Part shown: positions 53,015 to 64,000 of the stretch, piece by piece
Layout: every line of letters starts with the position of its first letter
Position numbering within the stretch: position 1 is the first letter of the stretch
Assembly: GCA_964016885.1 (NCBI GenBank)
Contig: OZ024741.1
Span: 191,084,001-191,148,000 of the forward strand
Reading direction: 5' to 3'
Length of the DNA: 64,000 bases
Origin: Eledone cirrhosa
Lineage: Eukaryota
The notes under the pieces: model-generated
Told to the model about the DNA's origin: nothing
Seen by the model: the letters and a program-made list of their open reading frames with translations, nothing else
Database searches by the model: none
Position numbers and translations under genes: made by a program

Positions 53015-53511
53015 TTCGTTTCTGAATTTGTTTAGCAAGATTCTTTATCTGAAATCGTGTGTTGAAACCGATATTGTTATACTTTGGGAGGGTCATGTTG
53101 CCAATAAGAAACACACGCACCAGTTGCTTTCACTTCAATTTATTATAATAAATTTATAATAAATTTATAAATTTATAAATTTCTGGTTGGTTGGTTGGTT
53201 CCACAACCAGATAGTTGTTTATATATTGTCATAGTTCTTTCGTCACACACTCTGTGACCTCTTCAGTGACAGAACAAAGGAGAGGCACAGAAACAAAGAA
53301 AGGAATCCCCAGTCACTGAAGAGGTCACAGAGTGTGTGACGAAAGAACTATGACAATATATAAACAACTATCTGGTTGTGGAACCAACCAACCAACCAGA
53401 AATTTATAAATTTATAAATTTATTATAAATTTATTATAATAAATTGAAGTGAAAGCAACTGGTGCGTGTGTTTCTTATTGGCAACATGACCCTCCCAAAG
53501 TATAACAATAT
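53015..53511. mobile_element. Penelope-like fold-back: 200-bp arms (53071-53270 / 53312-53511), 41-bp spacer
   Basis: Exact reverse complements by eye; same family as 1432-1785; flanked by (TA)n. Confidence 0.82.
53312..53354 (+). ncRNA. Putative minimal type-I hammerhead ribozyme
   Basis: gtca CTGAAGA g-gtcac agagtgt gtgac GAAA g-aa-c TA tgac; mirror copy at 53227-53271 has a 5-bp stem I. Confidence 0.65.
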
Positions 53512-53824
53512 ATATATATATATATTGGAAAGTACAAAAGAAAATGTCTACTTTGTTATGATGGAAGATTCATGAAATACATGTAGAAGGTTATACACTG
53601 GTTATCATAGCAACAGAATTGTTTATGCCATCTGGGATATTTATTAGTTAGAGGAGAATTAAAAGTAACCATAGCCTTTGCATGTCCTCCCACTCTTTCT
53701 GGTAATTAATGATGTTGATATTTATACATCTAGTACATCTGTAGATGCTGATGTCTGCTGAGAAAATGTGAGAAATGAGGAGATTTCTAGTTGTGAGGTT
53801 GAAAGACTGAGTATTTAATGTAGC

Positions 53825-54262
53825 ACTGTATGATGCCTGTGTGTGTAATGCAATACTGCATCGTAATGAAACATGGGCTGTAACTGGAAAGGACATGCCT
53901 AGATTGGAGAGAAATGAAGCAACCATGCTCCGTTGGATGTACAATGTAAGTGTCAAAGAAAGGCAGAGGTTGGGCAAGCTGTGAGAAAAACTGGGTTTAA
54001 GAGGAATCCGAGGTGGTATGCAGGAGAGAAGACTGTATTGATACGGACACGTGATGTGCACGGACAATGATCATTGGGTGACGAAGTGCCAGGAAATGCC
54101 AGTGGAAGGAAGCCGCAGTAGAGGTAGACCAAGAAAAATCTGGGCAGAGGTTGTGAGAGCTGACCTCAAATCACTGAGACTCACAGAGGTGATGATGAAG
54201 AAACACGATGAGTGGAGAGATGCCATGCTGAAACTGGACGTAAAAATGATGATGATAATGAT
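53825..54262 (+). mobile_element. Degenerate RTE family B 3' fragment
   Basis: Matches 41800-42250 (LERNEA.MLRWM, KCQEMPVEG.RSRGRPRK); ggacgtaaaa(atg)n tail. Confidence 0.8.
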
Positions 54263-55115
54263 GTCTGGAAAATGAGACATCATAGTAATGGTGGGATGGG
54301 GAGAACTAAAGCTAGGTGTGTCTGGTGAATCTTTGTGGAGAAAATATGAAAGCAGTAGAGCAGAAGCTATTGTAATAGTGTAAAAGTGTCAAAGAGAGAG
54401 GAAATAGTTGATCTGTGAAGCAGTGTTTGTGGCTTATTGCAGATTAAATCTATACTAACCAGTTGAATGGACTTCTAGCTGTAAATAGGTGACATAGTGT
54501 ATCATATAGTCAACTGATGTAAATATCTGCCGTATTATGGAATTGGTAACAGTGAGCTCCATTCTATTTTGGCTGACATTTGTCTCTCATCTACAGAATG
54601 ATACAGAAATTAGAAATCTTTACTGGTTCCATACATATATGATTGAGGGGGTGGTATTCATGTGTTGAAAACTTTACAGAAATATTTGATTCTATGTGTT
54701 TCAGTGAATTATTAAAACGTCTCCACTGTGATTATGTAAACACAGGGAACAAAACTAGACATAGCTTGAGTAAAGCTGCCCTGCTGTACATCCCCTGCTG
54801 TCTTCAAAACATAGTTGGAAACTAGTGAACTATGCCAGGATGAGGAAGCTGATCTCAATCAGGTCATGTAGACTTACCCGGCTGTTAACGGAGAAAAAAC
54901 TGGAGAATAATCAGTTGTGTATGTGTGAATATGTGTATGTGTGTGTGTATAGATAAGTATTTATCACTCTACCTCTCATTATATATATGTATGCATATAA
55001 TATGTATATAATATGTATATGTATGCATATAATATGTATATGTATGTTTGAAACACATACCTCTTTGTGTATTTCTCTATATATACTGACTTATATATAT
55101 ATATATATATACACA

Positions 55116-55149
<34 letters not shown>

Positions 55150-55189
55150 AAATAGTGTTAAGACAGGGTTATTTTTACATAATTGTTTT

Positions 55190-55451
55190 ATTGCATAATA
55201 TATATTTCAATGACATGGTTATGTAATGGTTATTCCATTGGCAGTCTCCATATGACATCATCAGGCACTCATATAATTATGAAGTGTAGTTATGCAAGTA
55301 TGCTCTTGGTAATGTATTACCATCTTGGTGTGATATTTGCTTGCATCAGACCAAGATGGTAATACATTAACAGTGGTAATTCAATATACTTGCATAACTA
55401 CACTTCATAATTGAATGAGCATCTGATGATATCACATGGAGACTGTCAATG
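55190..55451. repeat. Imperfect fold-back with CTGATGA core in both arms
   Basis: aattatgaagtgtagttatgcaagtat/atacttgcataactacacttcataatt and taatgtattaccatcttggt/accaagatggtaatacatta; minus strand continues to GAAA-tata-TT-atgc. Confidence 0.65.
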
Positions 55452-55559
55452 ATATTATACAATTATATAAAAGCAAATCTGTCTTCACATTTCGGAAATG
55501 GAAACTCTGTCACACCTAATCACCAGCATTACACTGGGGATACACTACTGATGTGGAAT

Positions 55560-56270
55560 GCTTTTGGACTGTTTAAACTGTCTTCACAATCTCATTCTAT
55601 GTCTTCCTGAGTTTGCTTCTTCCACTGGGGTTTCTCAGCATTTCTTTATGCACCTGTTATCTTCCATATGCATCACATGTCTATACCAATGCAGTCTTCT
55701 CTCTTGCACACTACATACAGTTCCTCTTATACTAGTTTTCCCCTCAGATTGCTTATGCTGTGCTGTTGATGCACACTAACATTACTCACCCATCATAGCA
55801 TACTTGACTCATTTCTTTCTAGCCTCCACAGGTCTTCTGCAGTCAAGGCCCATGTTTCACTGCTATGCAAGCATTGCAGTTTGCACATAGGCATCATACA
55901 GTCTACCCTTCACTCCGAGAGAAAAGTATTTTGTTGGTAATACTTTGATTGCCTAGGTAGCAAAAGCTGTCAACAAAAAGCTCTAGGGAACTTTCTGGCA
56001 GCTGAAGGAATCTATTTCATGTGTGCTCTTTGTGTTTACTTCTGTGCATCTGCTACATATAAAGTCTATCTTTTCTGTTAGCTTACCTGCAATCCCACTA
56101 CAACTCATATGTGTCCATAATTTACATTGTGTACACCTTATGGAATTTCTGCCCACTCCTTTTTGACATATTGAACAAGATCATTTTCTTGATGGTATCA
56201 CCTTCCTGTCTGCTTTCCTACTTATTAAGACTTTCGTCTTTGCTAAATTTACTTTTTGGCCTTTCAACTC
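55560..56270 (-). mobile_element. Old RTE LINE fragment
   Basis: Reverse complement resembles 41340-42130 (agactgtatgatgcc, gaaacatgggc, agactgcattggtatagacatgtgatgc). Confidence 0.7.
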
Positions 56271-58122
56271 TGGGTTCTTCTTCCATGCTTGAAATTTTTC
56301 CTCTAACTATCCAATGGAGTTTTAATCATATTACTACTATTAATATAATTTTCCATATATGGTAGCTGGAAATTATTTTGTTATTCTAAAAAGAATTTTA
56401 GTCTCCTGATATTTTTCATAGCAAGAATTTGTTCCTCCCACCCCACATAATGACATAATTCTCCTTGCATACATTTCACTCATCTCAAGTGGATGTCCTT
56501 ACACACAACCGTTCAGCTGATACATTGATCTATCAATTCATTGGCTAATAGGAATGCCTCTATGTGGTCACTCAGAACACTAGAAATAGATGGTAAATCT
56601 TTCTTAAGTTACATACACTACCATCCTTATATGGTCACACCACAGGACTCTATATGCAGTCACACCAATGCACAGTACTCTATAATAAGTCATACCACTG
56701 TAATTATAGACATATCTAACCTAATATCCCTGTCAGAAATAGTTGTTGAAGTAAAACCATTCTTTGAAGAACTGTAAAAAATTGAATTCATTTATCAAAT
56801 TTACATAGAAAATAAACCAAAAATATTTGTTAATGTTTCTTCCTCTTTCTTCATGTTTGGGTTTTCATTCTTGCACTTCTCCCATTCTACCTTTGACAAC
56901 GAAGCCATGTATTACTTTACTATTTTTAAATGACTGACTTTGGCATAAGTACATAATTTTTAGGCCATTAAATTTGCTGCTTTTCTCCAGGAAATCATAA
57001 AATATTACACTTCATAACACATCTTTCAGGAAGACTTGAAGACGGTAAAAGAAAATGGACAAAAGATTTTTTTAGCTTGTAAGAAGAAGAAAAAATATAG
57101 GAGGAAAACAAAAGGAAAATTAGTGATTTAGGAGCACGATTTTAAAGATTTTTTCGAAAAACAAGCAAAATAATATGGTTATGGTGGCAAATAGTAGAGA
57201 TAGGGTGGGACCATAATAGTTGGTGTGAATAATGACTTTGGTTACTTAATTAGTCTCTTTTATTACTCTCTATCAGTTGAGAGCAACTAAGTTATATATC
57301 AGATGCTCATTAAATTTAGTTTCCATATTCTTACAGATTCTCTAAGAAGTAGTGCCTTTTCAATTAAGTTCCACTGACATACTCATTATGCCTCTTATTC
57401 TTTTGGAGTTTGATGAACAGATTTTAAAATAAGGATTTCTGATAGTAGAGAATTTCAGAGAGAAAAATAAACTCCAGACTCCAGCTAAGAATTTGCGCAC
57501 ATCACCACCACCACCACCACCATCATCATCATTATCATCATCATCATCAACTACATTTTTATGTGACACTTCACATCTCAAGGTTTAAACTGTTTGTATA
57601 AAAGGGGATACCATTATATGTGTAAGCAGGGAAAAGCGGACGTAAAATGATGATGATGATATATATATATATATATATATATGTGCGTATGTTATATATA
57701 TATATATGTATATATATATACTCACCATCTAGTTTGTGCTTCAGATATAGTCTAATGATCAATGTAACAGTTTTGTGTTAACCTTCAGTAAGTTGGAAAT
57801 GATACTTTGACATGTTTGCAATTTCTTTTAAACATGTTGTTACAAACACATGAATTATCCTATGCAGACAAGCATGACAAAAGATTGACTTTGCAGTGTT
57901 AATTCCACTCTTAGCTCCCCCACCGTTGCTTTTCTCGGGAATCTTTACAGAAGGAAGTGTCTGTTCAAATGGCTTGTTTTTGTAGTTTTTCTCAACTTTC
58001 AAAACTAATATTAAATACATGTGCTGGAATATCAGAAACAAGTTCTTGAGATGTGAATAAAATAATGGCACAAATCAGCCAGTTGTTGATGTTAAATATT
58101 TATTGTATTAACAGTCATCCTT

Positions 58123-58156
<34 letters not shown>

Positions 58157-58365
58157 CATCATCATCATCATCATCACCATCATCATCATCATCCCCACCA
58201 TCATCATCACCTCCACCATCACTATCCCCATCATCATCAACCCCCCCCCCATCACTATCACCATCATCATCATCAGTCATCATCAGTCATCATCATCATC
58301 ATCATCATCAATAATCATCATCATCAGTCATATCATCATCAGTCATCATCAGTCATCATCACCAT
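58123..58365. repeat. (CAT)n-rich low-complexity tract
   Basis: Visible directly in the sequence. Confidence 0.9.
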
Positions 58366-58626
58366 ATTATTGGCTACGAAGTAACCATTGTTGAGGTCAC
58401 AGTAGTGCCAGGAGTGGTGTAATGGTAGATTTAGTATCTTGTAGTATTGTAACCATTGTTAATGTTAGTGGAGTCCATGAGTGGTATCTTGTAGTATTGT
58501 AACCATCGTTAAGGTCAATGAGGTGTCAAAAGTGGTAGTATGGTAGTATTGTCACTATACAATAGGATTGTAACTATAGATCAGTGGCATGCCAAAAGTC
58601 ATATAATGGTGGACTACATTTATTGT

Positions 58627-59647
58627 TGTAATATAACGGAATACTCCTATATTTTACCAACGGAGATTCAAAACTGAATCTGAGGTTTCTCGCCTCTGGG
58701 ACCACCCATTATTGGAAGGTTTCCACCATTGTCCTGTCAAGACAATAATGATAAACATACATACTATTTGACCTGTGACCCCAGCTTCCTGGGAGACAAT
58801 ATCCACATGGCTGATTATAAATCAACCTCATATACACATCATCATCATTTTACGTCCACTTTTCCCTGCTTACAAGGGTGGGACGGGAACTGATTCTGGC
58901 TTGATTTCTACAGCTGGATGCCCTTCCTAACACCAACCTCATTTACAGTGAGTGCTGGGTGGTTTTTGCCGTGGCACCTCCACGACCACTTTGCAGTGGA
59001 ATGATAGGGACCCCAGTCCCTATCATCTCATTTCTACAGCTGAGTAAACTGGAGCAATGTGAAATAAAGTGTCTTGCTCAAGGAAACGACACATTACCTG
59101 TTCTGAGAATTGAACTCACAACCTTTCGATTGCAAGGCCAATGCTCTAACCACTAAGCCATGTGCCTCAATCCTTCTAACTATAAGGTTATTATAAATAC
59201 AACGACTTAGGAAACCCAAGACACGGACCTGAAGCAACAGTGTGAGAGATAATGATGTAGGCATCAGCAGACCTTTTACCCTTTCTCTCTCCTGGTCCTT
59301 ACTGGCTCTCATCTTATCAGACACAGCCAGACAGCCAGACACAAAGCAGCAGTCCTTGAGATGAATAATGTATTCTAAGAATAGACACACATGCACATAG
59401 TAAGTTCATATTGTTTACATTCTACGCTCTTTCTATTCTTCCATCTCACTGTAATATTGTAATGTCGTATTGATGCATACATTCAGGCGAGCTTGTAGTA
59501 GTTAGCCTGTAATTAATGTAGCGATAAATTCTGTCACATATTGTTTTTGTAAAATAAACATTGTTAATCTCACAATCCTGGCATTATTCTTTTCATCAAA
59601 CACCCATCAAAAGAATGACATTTTATCCACTACAATTGGTGACCGAC
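58627..59647 (+). mobile_element. Probable Gypsy-type LTR with primer-binding site, split by a SINE
   Basis: TGTA(58627)...TACA(59634), internal AATAAA at ~59553, immediately followed by attggtgaccgac (TGG-initiated, PBS-like). Confidence 0.45.
58838..59168 (-). mobile_element. tRNA-derived SINE family 1
   Basis: Near-identical reverse complement of 48906-49251. Confidence 0.9.
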
Positions 59648-59667
59648 ACTATCCTGCTACAGGGTTC

Positions 59668-60170
59668 TGGTTGAACAGCACAATCCAGTTGACTCACCAT
59701 TCCAATTTTTAGCACTACAATTTGGACAAATCTTGTTCATTGAGGAAATTTGAATTAAAGGTTCTGAGGTATAATCTTGATGTGGATTGTAACTAAAAGC
59801 AGCAAAGTTCCACTCTGCAATCTTTTAAAATCATAAATCTTCTGTTCTTGCTCTCTGTTCACATAGCCTTTGATTTGTTTGAGCCTCAGTTTCTTCATGT
59901 TATCTTTGAGCTGCTATATTTCTCTTCATTTGCTGTCTTGATTTTCATTCATCTGATTCCTCTTGACAAAAAGTTGCTTTCCATGTTCTATCTTCAGCAA
60001 GGCTTTTTGATCTTTGTTCCTCTGATTCATTTTGCCTATATTTCGCTGTTGTTTTTCTTTGTCTTTGGAGTCTTTCTTGTCACTCGCCTTCCCTTTCCTT
60101 CTCCCTTTTTAGCTGCCTTGCCATAGCTTTATGAGATTTTTTTTGAAATGAAGGACTATTCTTCAGTGGC
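59668..60170 (-). pseudogene. Decayed Helitron Rep/Hel N-terminal fragment
   Basis: Minus strand WNFAAFSYNPHQDYTSEPLIQISSMNKICPNCSAKNWNGESTGLCC, homologous to 46320-46451, preceded by E/R/Q-rich repeats. Confidence 0.75.
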
Positions 60171-61363
60171 ATCTTTTGCTTGCAACTTCCAGAATCAATA
60201 TCTAAAAATTAAAAAGTTTTCTGTTTATGATGGATCTAAGTCGAGTCAAATTTTATTGAATAAGGACTTAGTACATTAACTTTCAGTTACTTATCAGAAA
60301 CAACAACAAAAGGCTAAGGGTTGAGTCTAGTTTTCTTTGAATGAGGACTCACTGCATTAACTTTCAGCTATCTTTTGGAAACAACAACAAAAACTAATGG
60401 AAATGAATATGCAAAACTATATTACAGGTTTCACAAATATTATTTTTTGTAGTGTTTCCATAGAATAAGTGAAGTCAAGATTGATATCAAATGAAATTTT
60501 GATATCTTCCACCTTATGGCCTTCATTATTTCATCTTTTATAGATTTTGATGTTTACTCTCGAGTCTCAAATAATCCGCTTATTAATTTTTCAGATTTCC
60601 ACCCCATGCCCCTTTTTTATTAATCTGTCTCTGGTGAAATTTTATTTTAAGAAGTAGCATTCCTGAAACAATTAATTTTCTTTAGATCTTAAAAAACATT
60701 AAACATGACAAAAAAAGTACATTATCAGAAATCCCGTATGTTATAAAATAAAAAGGATGAGTTGGTGTCTCAATATGTAAACTAAATGACTAATTCTGCT
60801 TTAAAAAAAAAAATCAATGGAGTCAATCTAGAAAAATTACCGATTTTTCAACCCCATGCTTATTTCAGCCATCTACACTTATTCCAACACTCCAGCTACT
60901 ATTTGGGACCAGAGAGTACAGAGTTTAGATGAGAACTCTGAAGTGTGTGAAAGCAAAATTAATATCATTAGATGAACATTCCTGTATCATAAATAGAAAT
61001 GTAGACATGGATTCTAAATTATATTGATGATTATCTGGTAAATTATTAAATCAGTTTGTTTGTGAAACTTTTGTGGACTTCCCTAGGTAGCCATAACTGG
61101 GTACTACACATTCTAAGTTAGATCCCGATGTAGGATAAAATATGTTATGGCAATCATGTATATACTTATATTTATAACATTAACACACACACATATATAC
61201 ACATGTGTGTGTGTATATATATATATATACATATACATACATAGTCATATTTCTAAGATATCATTATCTTAGAAATTTAACTATGTATGTCTGTGTGTAT
61301 GCATACATACATGCATACATACATACACACACACGCACACACACACACACAAACATACATACA

Positions 61364-61700
61364 TGATCAGCTGCCCAGGAGAAGGACGACATCTACGGAC
61401 CATTGATGAGGAGTTTACAAATCCAGTATCCAAGATACACCTTTAGCTTCATACCATCATTATTGGAGCTACGGGTTATATACCAACCCGCTTGGACCAA
61501 AGTATGACTGAACTTGGATTTGCGGACAAAGAGCGCAGCTCCCTAATTCATAGTCTACAAATGGCTGCGAAAGCTGGCACCTTCTTAATTTGCAAAACAT
61601 TCTTGCAATTCAAGGGATGACAATTTCTTTTCTTTTACAACCTTGCCACCAGGAAGGTGGCCGGTCAAAAAAATATACTCGAAATTAAGAGAAAGAGATA
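61364..61700 (+). mobile_element. R4/Dong-like LINE, extreme 3' end
   Basis: EKDDIYGPLMRSLQIQYPRYTFSFIP / IIGATGYIP...LICKTFLQFKG*, homologous to 23345-23600; (CATA)n on both sides. Confidence 0.75.
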
Positions 61701-61901
61701 ACATACACATCCATCCATACATACATACATACATACATACATATTCAGGAAGTGTTTTATAGATGAAACACTTCTTTGCCAGTTTTCATATTGTATAACA
61801 AATGTCTATATTTTTATTTGATCTTTTAAAAATTATAACTGTGGTGTACCCATATCAAATGTTTTTACTGATAAAGACAATTTATATTTTAAAACGCATA
61901 T

Positions 61902-61902
<1 letters not shown>

Positions 61903-61956
<54 letters not shown>

Positions 61957-61969
61957 GAGAGAGAGAGAG

Positions 61970-62023
<54 letters not shown>
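61903..62023. repeat. (GA)n microsatellite
   Basis: Visible directly in the sequence. Confidence 0.95.
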
Positions 62024-62027
<4 letters not shown>

Positions 62028-62289
62028 TTCTGAAAGCAAGAGAAGATCTACATCCTTTAGTTGATCTTTCAGAATCCAACTGAGAACTGAGTTTTATCTG
62101 TTTCAATATCTCTAGTTTTTATGTGACTTAGAAGTTATTTATGTGTGAACTCAACCTCAGGGGTCATGTGTCAAGCATCAGGGGTTCATGTAACTTGGTT
62201 TTACAAGTCCACTGGAAGCAGTATCACCAATTATATATAAACATGTATCATCTTTCATATGGTTGAGCTTAGTTCCTTTTAAGCTATTG

Positions 62290-62440
62290 TAACCATGGCT
62301 GAGGTTTGTTTTGCAATCATTACATTCTGGGTTCGATCCTACTGTGTAGTATCTTGGGCAAGTGTCATTTATCATAGACTGGTGTTAACTTGTGCATTGT
62401 GAGTGAAATTGGTGTAAATGGAAACTGTTTGGAAACCCAT
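62290..62440 (+). mobile_element. Degenerate SINE family 3
   Basis: gggttcgatcc B box and cttgggcaagtgtc block; similar to 3767-3925. Confidence 0.55.
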
Positions 62441-62946
62441 CTGATGGAATGTAGTTGTAATTAAAAGGGCCAGCTTTGTCACACACTGTGTTATGCTGAA
62501 TCTCCATGAGATTTACATTAAGAGTACACGTGCCAGTGGAATATTCAGCCACTTACGTGTTAATTTGATGAGCAGGCTATTCTGTCGATCACATTACTGG
62601 AACTCTCATTGTTGAAACCAATGAAGCTCCATTCCATTTCTTATATAAATATTTCGGAAATAAAACTGGAGATATGGAAATTTCTAATGGCTATGTAGAT
62701 AGGGTATTTAACTACAGTTAATAGATCTTGAGTTCAAACCCACAACAGGTACTTTTATCTATATTTGCACTGTACACTTCATTGTAAATATTTCAGTTTT
62801 CACAGCTATATACAGCAATACATAGGTGACAGGGTTAGACCCACTATGGGTGTTTTGGTGTATGCTTGGGCTATGTAGTTCATTTTAAATACTTCAATTT
62901 TCTCAGTTATATATAGCAATATATAGGTAATAGGTTCAAATTGTGT

Positions 62947-64000
62947 CATCATCATCATCATCATCATCAGCGTTTAACGTCCGTGTTCCACGCTTGCATG
63001 GGTTTGGACGGGGGTTTTCCCACTTGAGGCAAGAGTGATTGTCTTGCTCGCATAGGACTGTCTGGCAGGTTTTCTACAGTTGGATGCCCTTCCTAACACC
63101 AACCACATTTACAGTGTGGGTCTGGGAGGTTTTTACCGTGTTGCCTACACGGCCACATTACAGCGTGGACTGTGTGTTTTTTTGTCGTGACACCTACACG
63201 ATCTCATTTGTTTCGGCCTGGATGGTGTGGTACCAACATAACTTTACATAGAAGGGGGCGGTGTGGATGGGGTGGGGGTGGTGGGACGGGGGTGTATTTT
63301 GTTAGAGATGCCTACTGACTGTAGTAGGTTTTACTATGTATTTAGGCAAGGCGGGTCTTCTCTATTACTGAGTACCGCCAAAGGTCTCGGTCCAGTGACA
63401 TTGTCTTGGAGAGGTGTAAGTGTGTGAGGTCGGAGTTTATCAGCTCGTCCCAGGTTTTTCTAGGTCTGCCTATTCCGTGGCTACCGTCTATCTTTATTGC
63501 CCTGCACTTTGTTATACAGCTATCGACTTTCATGCGTATCACGTGTCCATACCAACGTAGCCTTCTCTCGAGTAAACAACATCTGATCCCTCTTATTTCT
63601 AATTTTTTCCTTAGTTCATTTATGCTTTGCCGTTCACGTATATTACTATTACACATCCAGCGGAGCATGCAAGCTTCGTTCCTCTCTAGTCTGCGTATAT
63701 CCTCTGCACACAATGCCCAGGTCTCACTGCCATGCAACATTGCTGTTCGTATGCAGGCATCATACAACCTGCCTTTCATTTTTAAGGAGAACCCTTTAGC
63801 GGCTAATAGTGGTATAAGCTCTCTGAACTTTTTCCATCCAGTTCTGACTCTAGCTACTGTACTTTCAGAGCACCCTCCCCCACTGCTGATTTTGTCACCC
63901 AGGTAACGGAAGCTGTCCACTATTTCTATAGAGCCCTCTGCGCAGTTGAAAGAGCTAGTATTTTGTGGGCACTTGCTGCTACTTATTGCACCAGAGCACT
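62947..64000 (-). mobile_element. RTE family A LINE, 3' part, runs off the window
   Basis: 192-aa ORF DSFRYLG...GSETW...RRLRWYGHV...GRPRKTW; long 3' UTR; (CAT)n tail on the plus strand. Confidence 0.9.

Noticed and set aside
59830-60200. Host gene exon encoding a charged protein
   Set aside because: Runs into the Helitron N-terminal Zn-finger motif and contains stops, so it is a transposon remnant.

Overview
AT-rich, microsatellite-dense animal genomic DNA. The SINE, RTE and microsatellite content suggests a cephalopod, probably Octopus (inference). There is one convincing host gene: a ~1.8 kb minus-strand exon (4432-6235) encoding a secreted coiled-coil protein that ends in an ABI3BP(TARSH)/FNDC1 C-terminal-like domain. 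The rest is repeats. These include a ~10.3 kb (CCA)n-containing minisatellite, two tandem Tx1/L1-type LINEs in (GATA)n (one with both ORFs intact), R4/Dong-like and CRE-like LINE fragments, several RTE fragments with partner SINEs, an IR-DR Tc1 element, three Helitron remnants and a probable Gypsy LTR. The most notable signal is a set of about ten fold-back palindromes, mostly in or next to (TA)n tracts. Several carry minimal type-I hammerhead ribozyme cores (CTGANGA...GAAA...NUH) on both strands, and some lie beside GIY-YIG remnants, pointing to several Penelope-like retroelement families. All calls are from reading the sequence; no searches were run and boundaries are approximate unless stated.
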